From assembly GCA_965198005.1 (NCBI GenBank), contig CBDAOI010000003.1:96001-160000 (forward strand): a stretch of 64,000 nucleotides of DNA, read 5' to 3'. Position 1 is the first letter of the stretch. Each line of letters starts with the position of its first letter. Source of the stretch: Spirochaetia bacterium (GTDB lineage: Bacteria > Spirochaetota > Spirochaetia > SZUA-6 > Bin103). The position numbers were made by a program, and so were the translations under genes. Shown here piece after piece: positions 9,793-19,682 of the stretch. Below the pieces are notes generated by a model that was given only the letters and a program-made list of their open reading frames with translations, was not told the DNA's origin and made no database searches.

Positions 9793-10006
9793 TCAGCGAC
9801 CGGCGATCGCGTCGATCTCGATGCGGTAGTCCTGGGCCAGTCCGGCCTGCACCGTGGTGCGCGCCGGCCGCGGCTCGGGGAAGTACTCCTGGTAGACGGC
9901 GTTCATCTGCGCCGGAGATGAACAGCAACTCGCCGTGGCGGATGGCCGGGGTGTACGGCCCTGCCGGGGCCGGGCCGCGGTCCGAGGTCACCGGTGTCTT
10001 GTACAT
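9793..10006 (-). pseudogene. RidA/YjgF family gene with an internal deletion and frameshift
   Basis: N-terminal PAPAGPYTPAIRHGELLFISG is joined out of frame to C-terminal QMNAVYQEYFPEPRPARTTVQAGL..IEIDAIA. The middle of the fold is missing. Confidence 0.85.
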
Positions 10007-10047
10007 ATCGCGCTCCTGTTGCACCGTACTGGTGGACAGGTTCCAGC

Positions 10048-11349
10048 ATGCCAAACGCCTCCGATCAAGGCCAGCGCGCCATCGCCATCCGGCCGGTCAG
10101 CGGTCCGCTCGACAGTACCGTGCAGGTGCCCGGCTCGAAGAGCCTCACCGCCCGCGGGCTGTGTCTCGCCGCCCTGGCCGCCGGCACCTCCACGCTGCGC
10201 AACCCGCTGTTCAGCGACGACATCCACTACTTCGCGGGCGCGTTGCAGGCGCTCGGCATCGAGGTGCAGGGCGACCCCGCCGGCGGCACGCTGCGCGTGC
10301 ACGGCGCCGGCGGCCGGATTCCCGCCGCCCAGGCCGAACTGTACGTGGGGCTGGCCGGGACCGCGGCGCGCTTCCTGACCGCGGCGCTGGCGCTCGGCGG
10401 CGGCTGCTACACGGTGGACGGGGTGCCGCGCATGCGCGAGCGGCCGATGAACGAGCTGCTGTCGGCCCTGGCGGACCAGGGCGCGCGCATCACGTTCGCG
10501 TACGAGCGGGGCAGGATACCGTTCACGCTGTGCGGGTCCGGTCTGGCGGGCGGCGTGCTGCGGGTGTCCGGCATCCGCAGCAGTCAGCCGCTCTCGGCGC
10601 TGTTGATGGTGGCGCCGTTCGCGCGTGCGGCGACCACGCTGCAGGTGGTGGACGGCCTGGTGCATGCGCCGTTCGTGGCGATGACGGTGGAGCTGATGCG
10701 GCGCTTCGGGGTCGAGGTGGCCGCCACGGCCGGGGACACCTTTCACGTGCGGGCGGGCCAGCGGTACGCGGCCCGCGAGATCGTCATCGAGCCGGACGCC
10801 AGCAGCGCCTCCTATTTCTTTGCCGCCGCCGCGGTGACCGGCGGGCGGGTGACGGTGCCGGGGCTGCGCGCCGACTCGCTGCAGGGGGACATGCGCTTTC
10901 TGGAGGTGCTCAAACGGATGGGCTGTAGCGTGGACCGGGGTCCGGAGGGGGTGACGGTCCAGGGGCCGGGCGCGCTGGCGGGGGTGGACGTCGATCTGAC
11001 CACCATGAGCGACGTCGCGCCGACGCTGGCCGCAATCGCGCCGTTCGCCGCCGGGCCGGTGACGCTGCGCGGCATCGCTCACACCCGCCTGCAGGAGACC
11101 GACCGCGTGCACGCGATGGCCACCGAGCTGCGCCGCATGGGGGTGCCGGTCGACGAGGGCACGGGCAGCCTGCGGATCGCGCCGGCCACGCCGCGCGGGG
11201 TCGCGGTGGAGACCTACGGCGACCATCGCATCGCCATGGCGTTCGCCGTTACCGGGCTGCGCACTCCCGGAATCACCATCCGCAACCCCGGCTGCACGAG
11301 CAAGACGTTCCCTGATTTCTTTGCCCGCTTCGCCGGGCTGCGGCGCTGA
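10048..11349 (+). CDS. aroA: 3-phosphoshikimate 1-carboxyvinyltransferase (EPSP synthase)
   Basis: VPGSKS, GTAARFL, RMRERPM, SSQ, RLQETDR, DHRIAMAF and KTFPDFF motifs. Confidence 0.96.
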   Translation: MPNASDQGQRAIAIRPVSGPLDSTVQVPGSKSLTARGLCLAALAAGTSTLRNPLFSDDIHYFAGALQALGIEVQGDPAGGTLRVHGAGGRIPAAQAELYVGLAGTAARFLTAALALGGGCYTVDGVPRMRERPMNELLSALADQGARITFAYERGRIPFTLCGSGLAGGVLRVSGIRSSQPLSALLMVAPFARAATTLQVVDGLVHAPFVAMTVELMRRFGVEVAATAGDTFHVRAGQRYAAREIVIEPDASSASYFFAAAAVTGGRVTVPGLRADSLQGDMRFLEVLKRMGCSVDRGPEGVTVQGPGALAGVDVDLTTMSDVAPTLAAIAPFAAGPVTLRGIAHTRLQETDRVHAMATELRRMGVPVDEGTGSLRIAPATPRGVAVETYGDHRIAMAFAVTGLRTPGITIRNPGCTSKTFPDFFARFAGLRR

Positions 11350-11430
11350 CCCGGCCGCGCGGGTCGTCCGGTGGTGCGGTGGTGCGGTGGCGGGTGGCGC
11401 GGGTGGCGGGTGGCGCGGGTGCGCGGGCGC
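11348..11430. repeat. hairpin plus GGTGGYGC-type G-rich tandem repeats between convergent aroA and serC
   Basis: GACCC..GGGTC stem at the aroA stop, followed by five GGG runs at 11392-11427. Confidence 0.7.
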
Positions 11431-11436
11431 GTCCGG

Positions 11437-12555
11437 TCAGCCGTGGCGACGCTGGAACTCCGCCATGAAGTCGGCCAGGTGGCGGCAGCTCTCGACGGTG
11501 ACCGCGTTGTACAGCGAGGCGCGCAGGCCGCCGACCGCGCGATGACCGCGCAACCCCACGCAACCGGCCGCGGCCGCCTGTTCCAGAAAGCGCCCCTCCA
11601 GCGCCGCGTGCGCCAGGCCAAAGGTGACGTTCATCCGGGACCGGCTCGCGGGCAGGGCGTGACCGCGGTAGAACCCGCCCGAGCCGTCGACCGCGCCGTA
11701 TACGGTCTCGGCCTTGCGCGCGTTGCGCCGCGCCATCGCCTCCAGTCCGCCGACCGCGGCGCGCAGCCAGCGCGTGACCAGCATCAGGGCGTAGATGGCG
11801 AGCACCGGCGGCGTGTTCAGCGTCGAGCCGGCGGCCGCCAGGGCGCGGTAGTCGAACATCGGATGCAGCGCCGGCGGGCCGCCGGCCAGCAGGGCTCGGT
11901 CGACGATCACCAGCGTCACTCCGGCGGGCCCCAGGTTCTTCTGCGCACTGGCGTAGACCATGCCGTGGCGGTCGACCTCGAGCGGCCGCGACAGGAGGTC
12001 CGACGAGGCGTCGCAGATCAGCGGCACCGGACCGCAGTCGGGCACGCGGTGTTGCTGAATTCCGTGGATGGTCTCGTTCGAGGTGTAGTGGACATAGGCG
12101 GCGCGTGCCGCGCGGCCGTCGTCCAGCACCAGCTCGGCCGCGGTGGGCATGCGCCGGTAGCCGACCGCGGCGCCGTCCCAGAGCACCCGGCCGCGGCCGG
12201 TCAGCGCGGCGTCGTCCAACGCCTTGCGGCCCCAATAGCCGCTGACCACGTACTCCCCGGTGCCGGCGGCGGCGGGCAGTCCCGGCCGCGCGGGGAAGTT
12301 CATGGGGATCAGCGCGAACTGCTGGCGCGCGCCACCCTGCAGGAACAGCACGTGGTAGCGGTCGTCGATCAGCAGCAGCGCGCGCAGATTGGCCTCCGCC
12401 TCGGCGAGGATCGCCGCGAACCGGTCCGAGCGGTGACTGATCTCCAGAATCGAGGCGCCGGCGCCGGGCAACTCCCGCACCGCGGCGCCGACCTCCTCCA
12501 GCACCGGCACCGGCAGCGCGCCGGGGCCGCCGGAGAAGTTATGCAACCGGCTCAT
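11437..12555 (-). CDS. serC: phosphoserine aminotransferase
   Basis: HNFSGGPGALP, EISHRS, LFLQGG, SNETIHG, ASAQKNLGPAG, NTPP and GHRAVGGLRASLYNA motifs. Confidence 0.96.
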   Translation of the reverse strand: MSRLHNFSGGPGALPVPVLEEVGAAVRELPGAGASILEISHRSDRFAAILAEAEANLRALLLIDDRYHVLFLQGGARQQFALIPMNFPARPGLPAAAGTGEYVVSGYWGRKALDDAALTGRGRVLWDGAAVGYRRMPTAAELVLDDGRAARAAYVHYTSNETIHGIQQHRVPDCGPVPLICDASSDLLSRPLEVDRHGMVYASAQKNLGPAGVTLVIVDRALLAGGPPALHPMFDYRALAAAGSTLNTPPVLAIYALMLVTRWLRAAVGGLEAMARRNARKAETVYGAVDGSGGFYRGHALPASRSRMNVTFGLAHAALEGRFLEQAAAAGCVGLRGHRAVGGLRASLYNAVTVESCRHLADFMAEFQRRHG

Positions 12556-12590
12556 GGTGGCGTATAGTACACGCTGGGGGGGCGGACGAG

Positions 12591-13535
12591 TTGACACGTG
12601 ACGCGGACAACGCGAGCCGCCGCCGGGTGCGCCGCCGGGTGCGCCTTCGGTTTCCGGAGGTAGTCCTGCTGGCGCTGGCGGTGCCGCTGTTCACGGCCGG
12701 CTGCAGCATGCAGCAGCTTGCCACGCGGGCGACCGCCGACCTGCTGTTCGACGGCATGGCGGCGCTGAACGCCGAGACCGACCTGGAGCTGGCCGAGGCC
12801 AGCGCCGCCGCCAGCCTCACCCTGGTCGAGGGGGTGCTGCGGCGCAGCCCGGACCGGATCGAGCTGCGGCTGCTGGCCGCGGAGGCTTACGTCGGCTACG
12901 CCCTGGCGTTCGTGGAGCAGACCGCACCCCAACGCGCGGCGGACCTCTACCGGCGCGGGCGCGACCACGCCCGGCACGCGTGGCGGGTGCAGGCGCGCGG
13001 CGACCGCCTGCCGGAACCGGAGGATACGCTGTGGTTCGACCTCGACGCGCTGGAGGGGCACCTCGCGCAGCTCGACGCCCGCTACGTGCCGGTGGTGTTC
13101 CGGACCGCCCAGGGGTGGGGCGGCATGGTCAACAATCGGCGGTCCGATCCGGAGTTGCTGGCCGACCTGCCGGCGATCGCGGCGCTGGCCGAGTTCGTGG
13201 TGCGGCACGATCCGGGCTACGGGTTCGCGGGCGCCCACGCGCTGCTGGGCGCCCTCGAGGCGTCCACCCCGGCCGCGCTGGGCGGTACGCCGGACGCCGG
13301 GCGGGCGCACTTCGAACGGGCCTTGGAGCTGACCGGGGAACGGTTTCTGATGCACCACGTCCTGTACGCGGCCACCTACGCCGTGGCGGTCCAGGAGCGC
13401 GCATTGTTCGACGCGCTGCTGACGACCGTGCGCGCCGCCGATCCGGATCTGCTGCCGGAGCAGCGGCTGCCGAACGCGGTCGCCCGCCGGCGCGCGCAAG
13501 CGCTGGCCGCAGCGGCCGGGGACCTGTTCGAATGA
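12591..13535 (+). CDS. TRAP transporter TatT component (TPR-like lipoprotein)
   Basis: Lipobox LFTAGC, helical TPR-like body with GG...GRAHFERAL, and position directly upstream of dctP. Start codon is uncertain. Confidence 0.8.
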   Translation: MTRDADNASRRRVRRRVRLRFPEVVLLALAVPLFTAGCSMQQLATRATADLLFDGMAALNAETDLELAEASAAASLTLVEGVLRRSPDRIELRLLAAEAYVGYALAFVEQTAPQRAADLYRRGRDHARHAWRVQARGDRLPEPEDTLWFDLDALEGHLAQLDARYVPVVFRTAQGWGGMVNNRRSDPELLADLPAIAALAEFVVRHDPGYGFAGAHALLGALEASTPAALGGTPDAGRAHFERALELTGERFLMHHVLYAATYAVAVQERALFDALLTTVRAADPDLLPEQRLPNAVARRRAQALAAAAGDLFE

Positions 13536-14620
13536 ACGCCGTGCCGGGCGCACGCGCCCTGCGCACGCGCGGCCGCGGCGGTACGCCGGCCTGGCCGCCG
13601 GTCGCGCCGGCCACACGGGCCGTGCTGGTCGTGCTGGGCGCGCTGGTCGTGCTGGCCGGCGGCGCGCTGCCGGCGGCCGCGCAGGGCCCGGAGCTGATCA
13701 AGGTGGCCACGGTGGCGCCGGAGGGGAGCACCTGGATGCAGGTGCTGCGGGCGTACGAGGCGGCGGTGGTGGCCGAGAGCGACGGCCGCCTGCAGGTGCG
13801 GATCTTTCCCGGCGGGGTCGCGGGCTCCGAGGCGGACATGCTGCGCAAGATGCAGTTCGGGCAGCTCGACGCGCTAGCGCTGAGTGGGGCGGGGCTCGGA
13901 TTGTTGGTGCCGCAGGAACGGATTTTCGACAGCGCGCTGTTGTTCGAGAACTACGCGGAGCTGGACGCGATCTACGAGGCGTTCGCGCCCGAGTTGGAGC
14001 AGCAGTTCCGGGAGCGCGGCTATCAGGTTCTGGGCTGGACCGAGCTGGGCCCGATCTATCTGTTCAGCACCAGGCCGGTAGCCACGCTGGAGGAGCTGCG
14101 GCAGCTCCGGTGGTGGGTCTGGGAGGGAGATCCGCTGGCGCGAGCGATCTTCGATGCGTTCGGCGTGGCGCCGGTACCGCTGCACGTGGCGGACGTGCTG
14201 GTCGGGTTGCAGACCGGCGTGATCGACGGCGTGTACGGCCCGCCGCTGGGGCTCATCGCACTGCAGTGGTTCAGCCGGGTGGACTACCGGCTGGATCTGG
14301 CGCTGGGCCACGCCTCGGGGGCGCTGATCATGGGCAGCCGCTGGGAGAAGCTCGACCCGGAACTGCAGGGAATCCTGCTGCGCAATGGCCGCCGCTTCAT
14401 GGTCGAGCTCCGGGACCTCAGCCGCGCCGACAACGCCGCCGCCCTGGCCACGCTGGAGCGGCGCGGCGTCGGCACGGTGAAACCGGCGCCGGAGGCGGCC
14501 GCGCGCCTGCGCGAGCGCGGCGCCGTCGCCCGCCGCAGCCTGGCGCCCGAGCTGTACCCGGTGGAGCTGCTGGAGCGGGTGGAGAGCGCGGTCGCGGCGG
14601 TGCGCGCCGCGGAGCGGTGA
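13532..14620 (+). CDS. dctP: TRAP substrate-binding protein (DctP/TatP type)
   Basis: IKVATVAPEGSTW, FPGGVAGSE and LQTGVIDG motifs. ATGA overlap with the tatT-like gene. Confidence 0.9.
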   Translation: MNAVPGARALRTRGRGGTPAWPPVAPATRAVLVVLGALVVLAGGALPAAAQGPELIKVATVAPEGSTWMQVLRAYEAAVVAESDGRLQVRIFPGGVAGSEADMLRKMQFGQLDALALSGAGLGLLVPQERIFDSALLFENYAELDAIYEAFAPELEQQFRERGYQVLGWTELGPIYLFSTRPVATLEELRQLRWWVWEGDPLARAIFDAFGVAPVPLHVADVLVGLQTGVIDGVYGPPLGLIALQWFSRVDYRLDLALGHASGALIMGSRWEKLDPELQGILLRNGRRFMVELRDLSRADNAAALATLERRGVGTVKPAPEAAARLRERGAVARRSLAPELYPVELLERVESAVAAVRAAER

Positions 14621-15153
14621 ACCGGGCGCTGGCGCTCCTCCGGCGGTGGGACGGTGCGCTGGCGCGGATCGAGACCGGCCTGCTGGCGCTCCTCCTGTTC
14701 GGGTCGCTGGCGGGCGCGCTGCTGCAGATCGTGCTGCGCAACGCCGCCGGCGTCGCTCTGCCGGAAATCGACGGCCTGGTCCGGCGCGCGGTGCTGTGGA
14801 TCGCGTTGCTGGGCGCATCGCTGGCGACCCACCGCCGGGCACACTTGGCGGTCGACCTGGTGGACCAGCTCCCGGCCGGCGGCCGGTGCCGGCGTCTGAC
14901 GCGTGCCGTTACCAATGCCGCGGCGGCACTGGTAACGGCCGTGCTGGTGGTGGCGGCGGTGCGCTTCGTCCGCCTGGAGTCGGGGTTCGCGGGGCCGGCC
15001 GCGGCCGCCGCGGCGGCGGTGCTGCCCGCCGGGTTCGCGCTGATGGCGGCGCGCTTCGCGCTGGCGGCCTGGGCCGGTCTGGTGGGAGCGCCCGCGGGTG
15101 CGCGCGGTGATTCGCCGCTTGGCGACGCGGGGGGCGACCGATCGACGCCATAG
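14617..15153 (+). CDS. dctQ: TRAP small permease
   Basis: Four hydrophobic segments and LWIALLGASLATHRRAHLAVD. GTGA overlap with dctP. Confidence 0.85.
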   Translation: MNRALALLRRWDGALARIETGLLALLLFGSLAGALLQIVLRNAAGVALPEIDGLVRRAVLWIALLGASLATHRRAHLAVDLVDQLPAGGRCRRLTRAVTNAAAALVTAVLVVAAVRFVRLESGFAGPAAAAAAAVLPAGFALMAARFALAAWAGLVGAPAGARGDSPLGDAGGDRSTP

Positions 15154-15176
15154 TCGCCATCGGCGCCGGGGTTGCC

Positions 15177-16463
15177 GTGCTCGCCGCGGTGCTGGGCGGT
15201 GTGCCGCTGTTCGCGGTGATCGCCGGCGTCGCCCTGGCCGGTCTGGCCGCGGCCGGCATCGATCCGGGCGTGGCGGCGGTCGCGTTCAACCGCCTGGGAT
15301 CGATACCGGCCCTGACCTCCCTGCCGCTGTTCACGTTCGCGGGCATGCTGCTGGCCGCGAGCCGGGCGCCGCGCCGCTTTCTGCTGCTGGCGCGCGCCCT
15401 CCTGGGCCACGTTCGCGGCGGCATGGCGGTGATCGTGGTGACGGTGCTGGCGGGGTTCACCGCCTTCACCGGCGTCTCGGGGGTTACGATCATCGCGCTC
15501 GGGGGGCTGCTGTTGCCCGCGGTGGCGGCTGCCGGACGCGCCCGCGACCGGGGCGCCGCGGACCGGCACGGGATCGGGCTGCTCACCGCCGGCGGCGGTC
15601 CGGGGCTGCTGCTGCCGCCGAGCCTGGTGGTGATCGTGTACGCGGTCACCGCGGGGGTGGACGTCGACCGGCTGTTTCAGGCCACGGCGGTCCCGGCGCT
15701 GCTCCTGGTCGCGGCGCTTGCGGCGTACGCAATGGCCGGGTTCGGGCGCGGCCGCCCGGAGGCCGCGCCGGCGGTGCGCCGCCGCTTCCGTTGGCGCCGG
15801 CTGGCGCGGGCCGTGCGGCTGGCGGGATGGGAGCTGCCGCTGCCGGTGGCGGTGGTGGGCGGCATCTACCTCGGCCTGATTACGGTCAGCGAAGCGGCCA
15901 CCCTGACCGCCGCCTACGTGTTCGTGGTGGTGGTGCTGATCCGCCGCGAGATCCGGCTGCCGCACGGCATGGCGGCGGTCGTGCGCGACACGGGGGCGCT
16001 GGTGGGCGCGCTGCTGGTGGTGGTCGGCGCGGCGCTCGCCCTGACCAACGTGCTGGTCGACGCGCTCGTGCCGCAGCGGCTGCTGGCGGCCGTGTCCGCC
16101 AGCATCGACCACCCGCTGCTGTTCCTGCTGGCGCTCAACGGCGTGCTGCTGGTCGCGGGCATGGTGGTGGATGCGTTTTCCGCCATCGTCGTCCTGGTCC
16201 CCCTGATCGTGCCGCTGGCGGCCGCGCTGCAGGTGGACCCGCTGCATCTCGGCGTGGTGTTCCTGGTCAATCTCGAGGTGGGCTACGTCACCCCGCCGGT
16301 GGGCATCAACCTGTTCGTGGCGCGGTTTCGGTTCGGGCGGCCGTTGACCGCGATCTATCGAGCCGCGCTGCCGTTCGCACTGGTGATGATCGGCGCGCTG
16401 CTGGTGATCACCTACGTCCCCGCGCTGTCGCTGGCGCTGCCGCGCTGGTTGGCGGGCGCTTGA
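15177..16463 (+). CDS. dctM: TRAP large permease
   Basis: LPLFTFAG, GLLLPPSL, DPLHLGVVFLVNLEVGYVTPPVGINLF motifs. Start codon is uncertain. Confidence 0.92.
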   Translation: MLAAVLGGVPLFAVIAGVALAGLAAAGIDPGVAAVAFNRLGSIPALTSLPLFTFAGMLLAASRAPRRFLLLARALLGHVRGGMAVIVVTVLAGFTAFTGVSGVTIIALGGLLLPAVAAAGRARDRGAADRHGIGLLTAGGGPGLLLPPSLVVIVYAVTAGVDVDRLFQATAVPALLLVAALAAYAMAGFGRGRPEAAPAVRRRFRWRRLARAVRLAGWELPLPVAVVGGIYLGLITVSEAATLTAAYVFVVVVLIRREIRLPHGMAAVVRDTGALVGALLVVVGAALALTNVLVDALVPQRLLAAVSASIDHPLLFLLALNGVLLVAGMVVDAFSAIVVLVPLIVPLAAALQVDPLHLGVVFLVNLEVGYVTPPVGINLFVARFRFGRPLTAIYRAALPFALVMIGALLVITYVPALSLALPRWLAGA

Positions 16464-16494
16464 GCGGCGCCGGCATCGCGGCGACATTGTAAAG

Positions 16495-17844
16495 GTGACT
16501 GACGCCACCTCCGTCGCCGCCACCCGCGACGTCCTGAGCTATCTGAGCCACTATCGCGGCAGCCTGTTCGTGCTGCGCCTCGAGGACGATCTGCTCGGCG
16601 CGCCGCTGTTCCCGATGCTGGTCAAGGACATCGTGCTGCTGCAGCACGTGGGCATCCAGGTCGTGCTGGTGCCCGGTGCCCGGCATGCCATCGACGCCGC
16701 CCTGGCCGAGCCGGGCGGCTGGGCCGGCGCCGACGCGGAGGCTCCGCTGCCGGCGTCACCGGCCGACGTCGGCGCGCGCCGGATCACGGCGGAGGGCGAT
16801 CTGAAGGCGGTGCAGGCCGGCGCCGCCACGGTCGCCAACGAGCTGCTGTCCCTGCTGACCGAGAGCGGCGCCCGCGGCGCGGTGGGCAACTGGGTGCGGG
16901 CGCGCACCGTGGGCGTGGTCGGCGGCGTGGACTACCACCGCACCGGACGGGTGGAGCGCGTGGACCGCGAGCTGCTGCGCGCGTTGCTCGCCACCGGGGT
17001 GATCCCGATCGTCTCCAACATCGGCTGGAACGCGGTGGGCAAGGCCTACAACATCTCCAGCCTGGAACTGGTGGTGGCGGTGGCGCGGGCGCTGCAGGCG
17101 GCCAAGGTGTTCCTGGTCGGCACCGCGCCCGGGATCGCGGCGGTCGCGTGCCCGGGCGTCGAGCTGGCGGCCCGGCCGGACGGCATCTACTCCAGCGTCG
17201 ACTACCGGGATGCGGAACGGCTGCTGAACCAATGCGGCGCGCAGCTCACGCCCGACGACCGCGCGCTGCTCGGGGCCGCAGTGAGCGCCTGTTCCGGCGG
17301 CGTCGACCGGGTGCACGTGGTGGACGGGCGGCGCGACGGCATCCTGATCGACGAGATCTTCTCGGCCGACGGCGTCGGCACCATGTTCTTCGGCGACCAG
17401 TACATCGACATCGTCCCGGCGCGCGCGGCGCACGTGCCCGAGATCATGCGCCTGCTGCAGCCCCAGATCGACGCCGGGCTGCTGGTGCCCAGAACCGCGC
17501 GCGCGGTGGCCGACGGACTGGACGACTACTCGGTGTACCGCGTGGACGACACGATCCAGGGGTGCGCGGCGCTGCGCATGATCGACGCCGCCACCGCCGA
17601 GATCGAGAGCCTGGTGGTCAACGAAAGCCATCGCGGCAGCGGCAACGGCGCGCGCCTGGTGACCTACCTGCTGCAACAGGCGCGCGCGCGCGGCGCGCGC
17701 CAAGTGCTGGTGCTGACCACCCAGTCCGCCGACTTCTTCATGGCGTTGGGATTCGCCGAAGTCGCCCCGGACACCCTTCCCGGCGCGCGCCCACGCAACT
17801 ACAACCGCCGCCGCAACTCCCGCGTCCTGCGCGCCACGCTTTAG
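16495..17844 (+). CDS. argA: amino-acid N-acetyltransferase (AAK domain + GNAT)
   Basis: KDIVLL, GVVGGVDYHRTGRV, EIFSADGVGTM, C-terminal GNAT and YNRRRNSRV. Confidence 0.9.
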   Translation: MTDATSVAATRDVLSYLSHYRGSLFVLRLEDDLLGAPLFPMLVKDIVLLQHVGIQVVLVPGARHAIDAALAEPGGWAGADAEAPLPASPADVGARRITAEGDLKAVQAGAATVANELLSLLTESGARGAVGNWVRARTVGVVGGVDYHRTGRVERVDRELLRALLATGVIPIVSNIGWNAVGKAYNISSLELVVAVARALQAAKVFLVGTAPGIAAVACPGVELAARPDGIYSSVDYRDAERLLNQCGAQLTPDDRALLGAAVSACSGGVDRVHVVDGRRDGILIDEIFSADGVGTMFFGDQYIDIVPARAAHVPEIMRLLQPQIDAGLLVPRTARAVADGLDDYSVYRVDDTIQGCAALRMIDAATAEIESLVVNESHRGSGNGARLVTYLLQQARARGARQVLVLTTQSADFFMALGFAEVAPDTLPGARPRNYNRRRNSRVLRATL

Positions 17845-17980
17845 CGTAGGAGACCTCCACGCCGCAAGCACAACGTAGCAGTGACCGGCCTTTGTGCCGG
17901 TATGTTACAATTCGCCACGTGACCACAAGCTGGGAGCATACCTGCATAGACCCGCGAGCTGGGCGCCCCGAGGCGCCGGC

Positions 17981-18514
17981 GTGACACCTGATCCCGTCGC
18001 CTTGAATCTCGAGGACCTCGCGAGAGGCATGCTTGGGCTCTCCGTCCGTGTGGGCGGCGCAATGGTTGAGGCGGCTGCCGTCTGTCTCGATGACTGCGGG
18101 CATGGGACGCCGGCGCGACTTACAGTTGACGGCACCGAGCATCGAGTCTATGATTTGATATGGCCGTTGGCCAATGATCAGAGCCGGCGTACGTGGGCGG
18201 ACGAGCAGGAAGCCACTGAGCAAGGTGCGTGTGGGATCGCGATTCTTGTCGTGAGAAGTATTCGGAGTTATGAAGTCCTGGAACGATCGAGGAAGGGAAC
18301 GGGCTTCGACTATTGGATAGGCAAGCCGAACGACATGCCGTTCACGGTAAAATCCAGGCTCGAAGTTTCGGGAATTCGCCGGGGAGACACCCGCCGTGTC
18401 GCAGCTCGCGTCCAGCAGAAGATCCGTCAGATTTCGGTATCCTCCGGACGCCTTCCCGGTATCGTCGTAGTGGTCGAATTCAGCACGCCGTTGGCGAGGA
18501 TGGCAGACCAATGA
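17981..18514 (+). CDS. uncharacterised protein with a PD-(D/E)xK-like motif spacing
   Basis: EATE..A, KGTGFDYW, RLEVSG and QKIRQ motifs. Lower GC than the flanking genes. Confidence 0.7.
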   Translation: MTPDPVALNLEDLARGMLGLSVRVGGAMVEAAAVCLDDCGHGTPARLTVDGTEHRVYDLIWPLANDQSRRTWADEQEATEQGACGIAILVVRSIRSYEVLERSRKGTGFDYWIGKPNDMPFTVKSRLEVSGIRRGDTRRVAARVQQKIRQISVSSGRLPGIVVVVEFSTPLARMADQ

Positions 18515-19665
18515 GCAGCGTACTCGAACTTCATCACAAGGGAATGGAGTGGGCCGAGGAAGGTCAGTTTCAGCTCGACCGCGGGGACCAGTCGGGCGCG
18601 CGGGCATCGTTCCGTAAGGCGATGGAACTTGAACGGGAGGCGGCCTATGCTACCAAAGAAAACGCGGAGCCGGACCGATCGGTGCTCTTCCGTAGCGCCG
18701 GTTCCCTTGCATTGGATTGCGACGAACTGCGGGTTGCCGAGCAACTCCTCGCGATGGGGCTCACCGGGCACCCTCCGGAAGAGATCGCAGAGGAAATCCG
18801 CGATCTCCTGGAGCAGGTTCATTTTCAGAGGCACCTTGAAGTTCGCGGCCTCACGCTGGATGCTACCGAGATGCAGATGTCGATCGCAGGCGATGCGGTC
18901 GGTCACGGTGTAGCAAGCAGCGATGAGTTCGTGACCCGTGTGCGGGCCACCGAGACCCTTGTTCTCCGTACTGTAGAGCGAAGACTTCAGTATCCTTATC
19001 GGGAACGCGGAAGTCCCAAGAACAGGCTGAGAGACAGATTCGGGGTGTTCTTGTCCGTGCCACGAGCCGCGAGTTTCGCCTTCACGCTCAAGCTCGGCCG
19101 GCCGACGGAGCAGACGGATCTTTTTTCCGACGATGAAGCGTCGGCAGTGATCGATGAGGTTCTCGATCTCCTAGAGGTTGTTCAAGAGCGAGACCGAGAT
19201 GAATTGGCTCGTCGAATTCCGGAGCAGCCGTACCTGGTGAACTTCAATGCGTTGGCCAAGAAGATCGCTCCCGACGGCGAAAGGGTATGCATGGTTGGAT
19301 TGACCGCACATCGTCCTGGTCAAACTCGAAGAGTTGCCTTCACAAGACGCCGGAAGGAGCTTGCAAACTTCGTTCCACTCGCTGGTCCACAACCGAGTTC
19401 CGTTGACGCGTCAGACCGTCGCGTCACGGTACGGGGCGTTCTTCACTACGCCAACGTGATCGGTCGTGAAGATACTATCAAACTTGAGGACCAGAACCGA
19501 ACCGTCTATGAGATTCTCGTCCCGGAAGGAATGATGACCGACATAGTGCGTCCACTGTGGGATGACGAAGTGCTCGTGACGGGGCTTCGTCACCGTAACC
19601 GAATCGAACTCGAGGATATTGTCCGCGTGGACGACGCCGGGAGCGAGGCTGGCAGGAATCGCTAA
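18511..19665 (+). CDS. uncharacterised protein: helical TPR-like N-terminus and possible OB-like C-terminus
   Basis: ATGA-coupled to the upstream gene. N-terminus has LELHHKGMEWAE..EPDRSVLFRSAGSLAL. C-terminal beta-rich VTVRGVL..VLVTGL..IELEDI. Confidence 0.75.
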   Translation: MSSVLELHHKGMEWAEEGQFQLDRGDQSGARASFRKAMELEREAAYATKENAEPDRSVLFRSAGSLALDCDELRVAEQLLAMGLTGHPPEEIAEEIRDLLEQVHFQRHLEVRGLTLDATEMQMSIAGDAVGHGVASSDEFVTRVRATETLVLRTVERRLQYPYRERGSPKNRLRDRFGVFLSVPRAASFAFTLKLGRPTEQTDLFSDDEASAVIDEVLDLLEVVQERDRDELARRIPEQPYLVNFNALAKKIAPDGERVCMVGLTAHRPGQTRRVAFTRRRKELANFVPLAGPQPSSVDASDRRVTVRGVLHYANVIGREDTIKLEDQNRTVYEILVPEGMMTDIVRPLWDDEVLVTGLRHRNRIELEDIVRVDDAGSEAGRNR

Positions 19666-19682
19666 CGATCCCGCTGCCGCGC

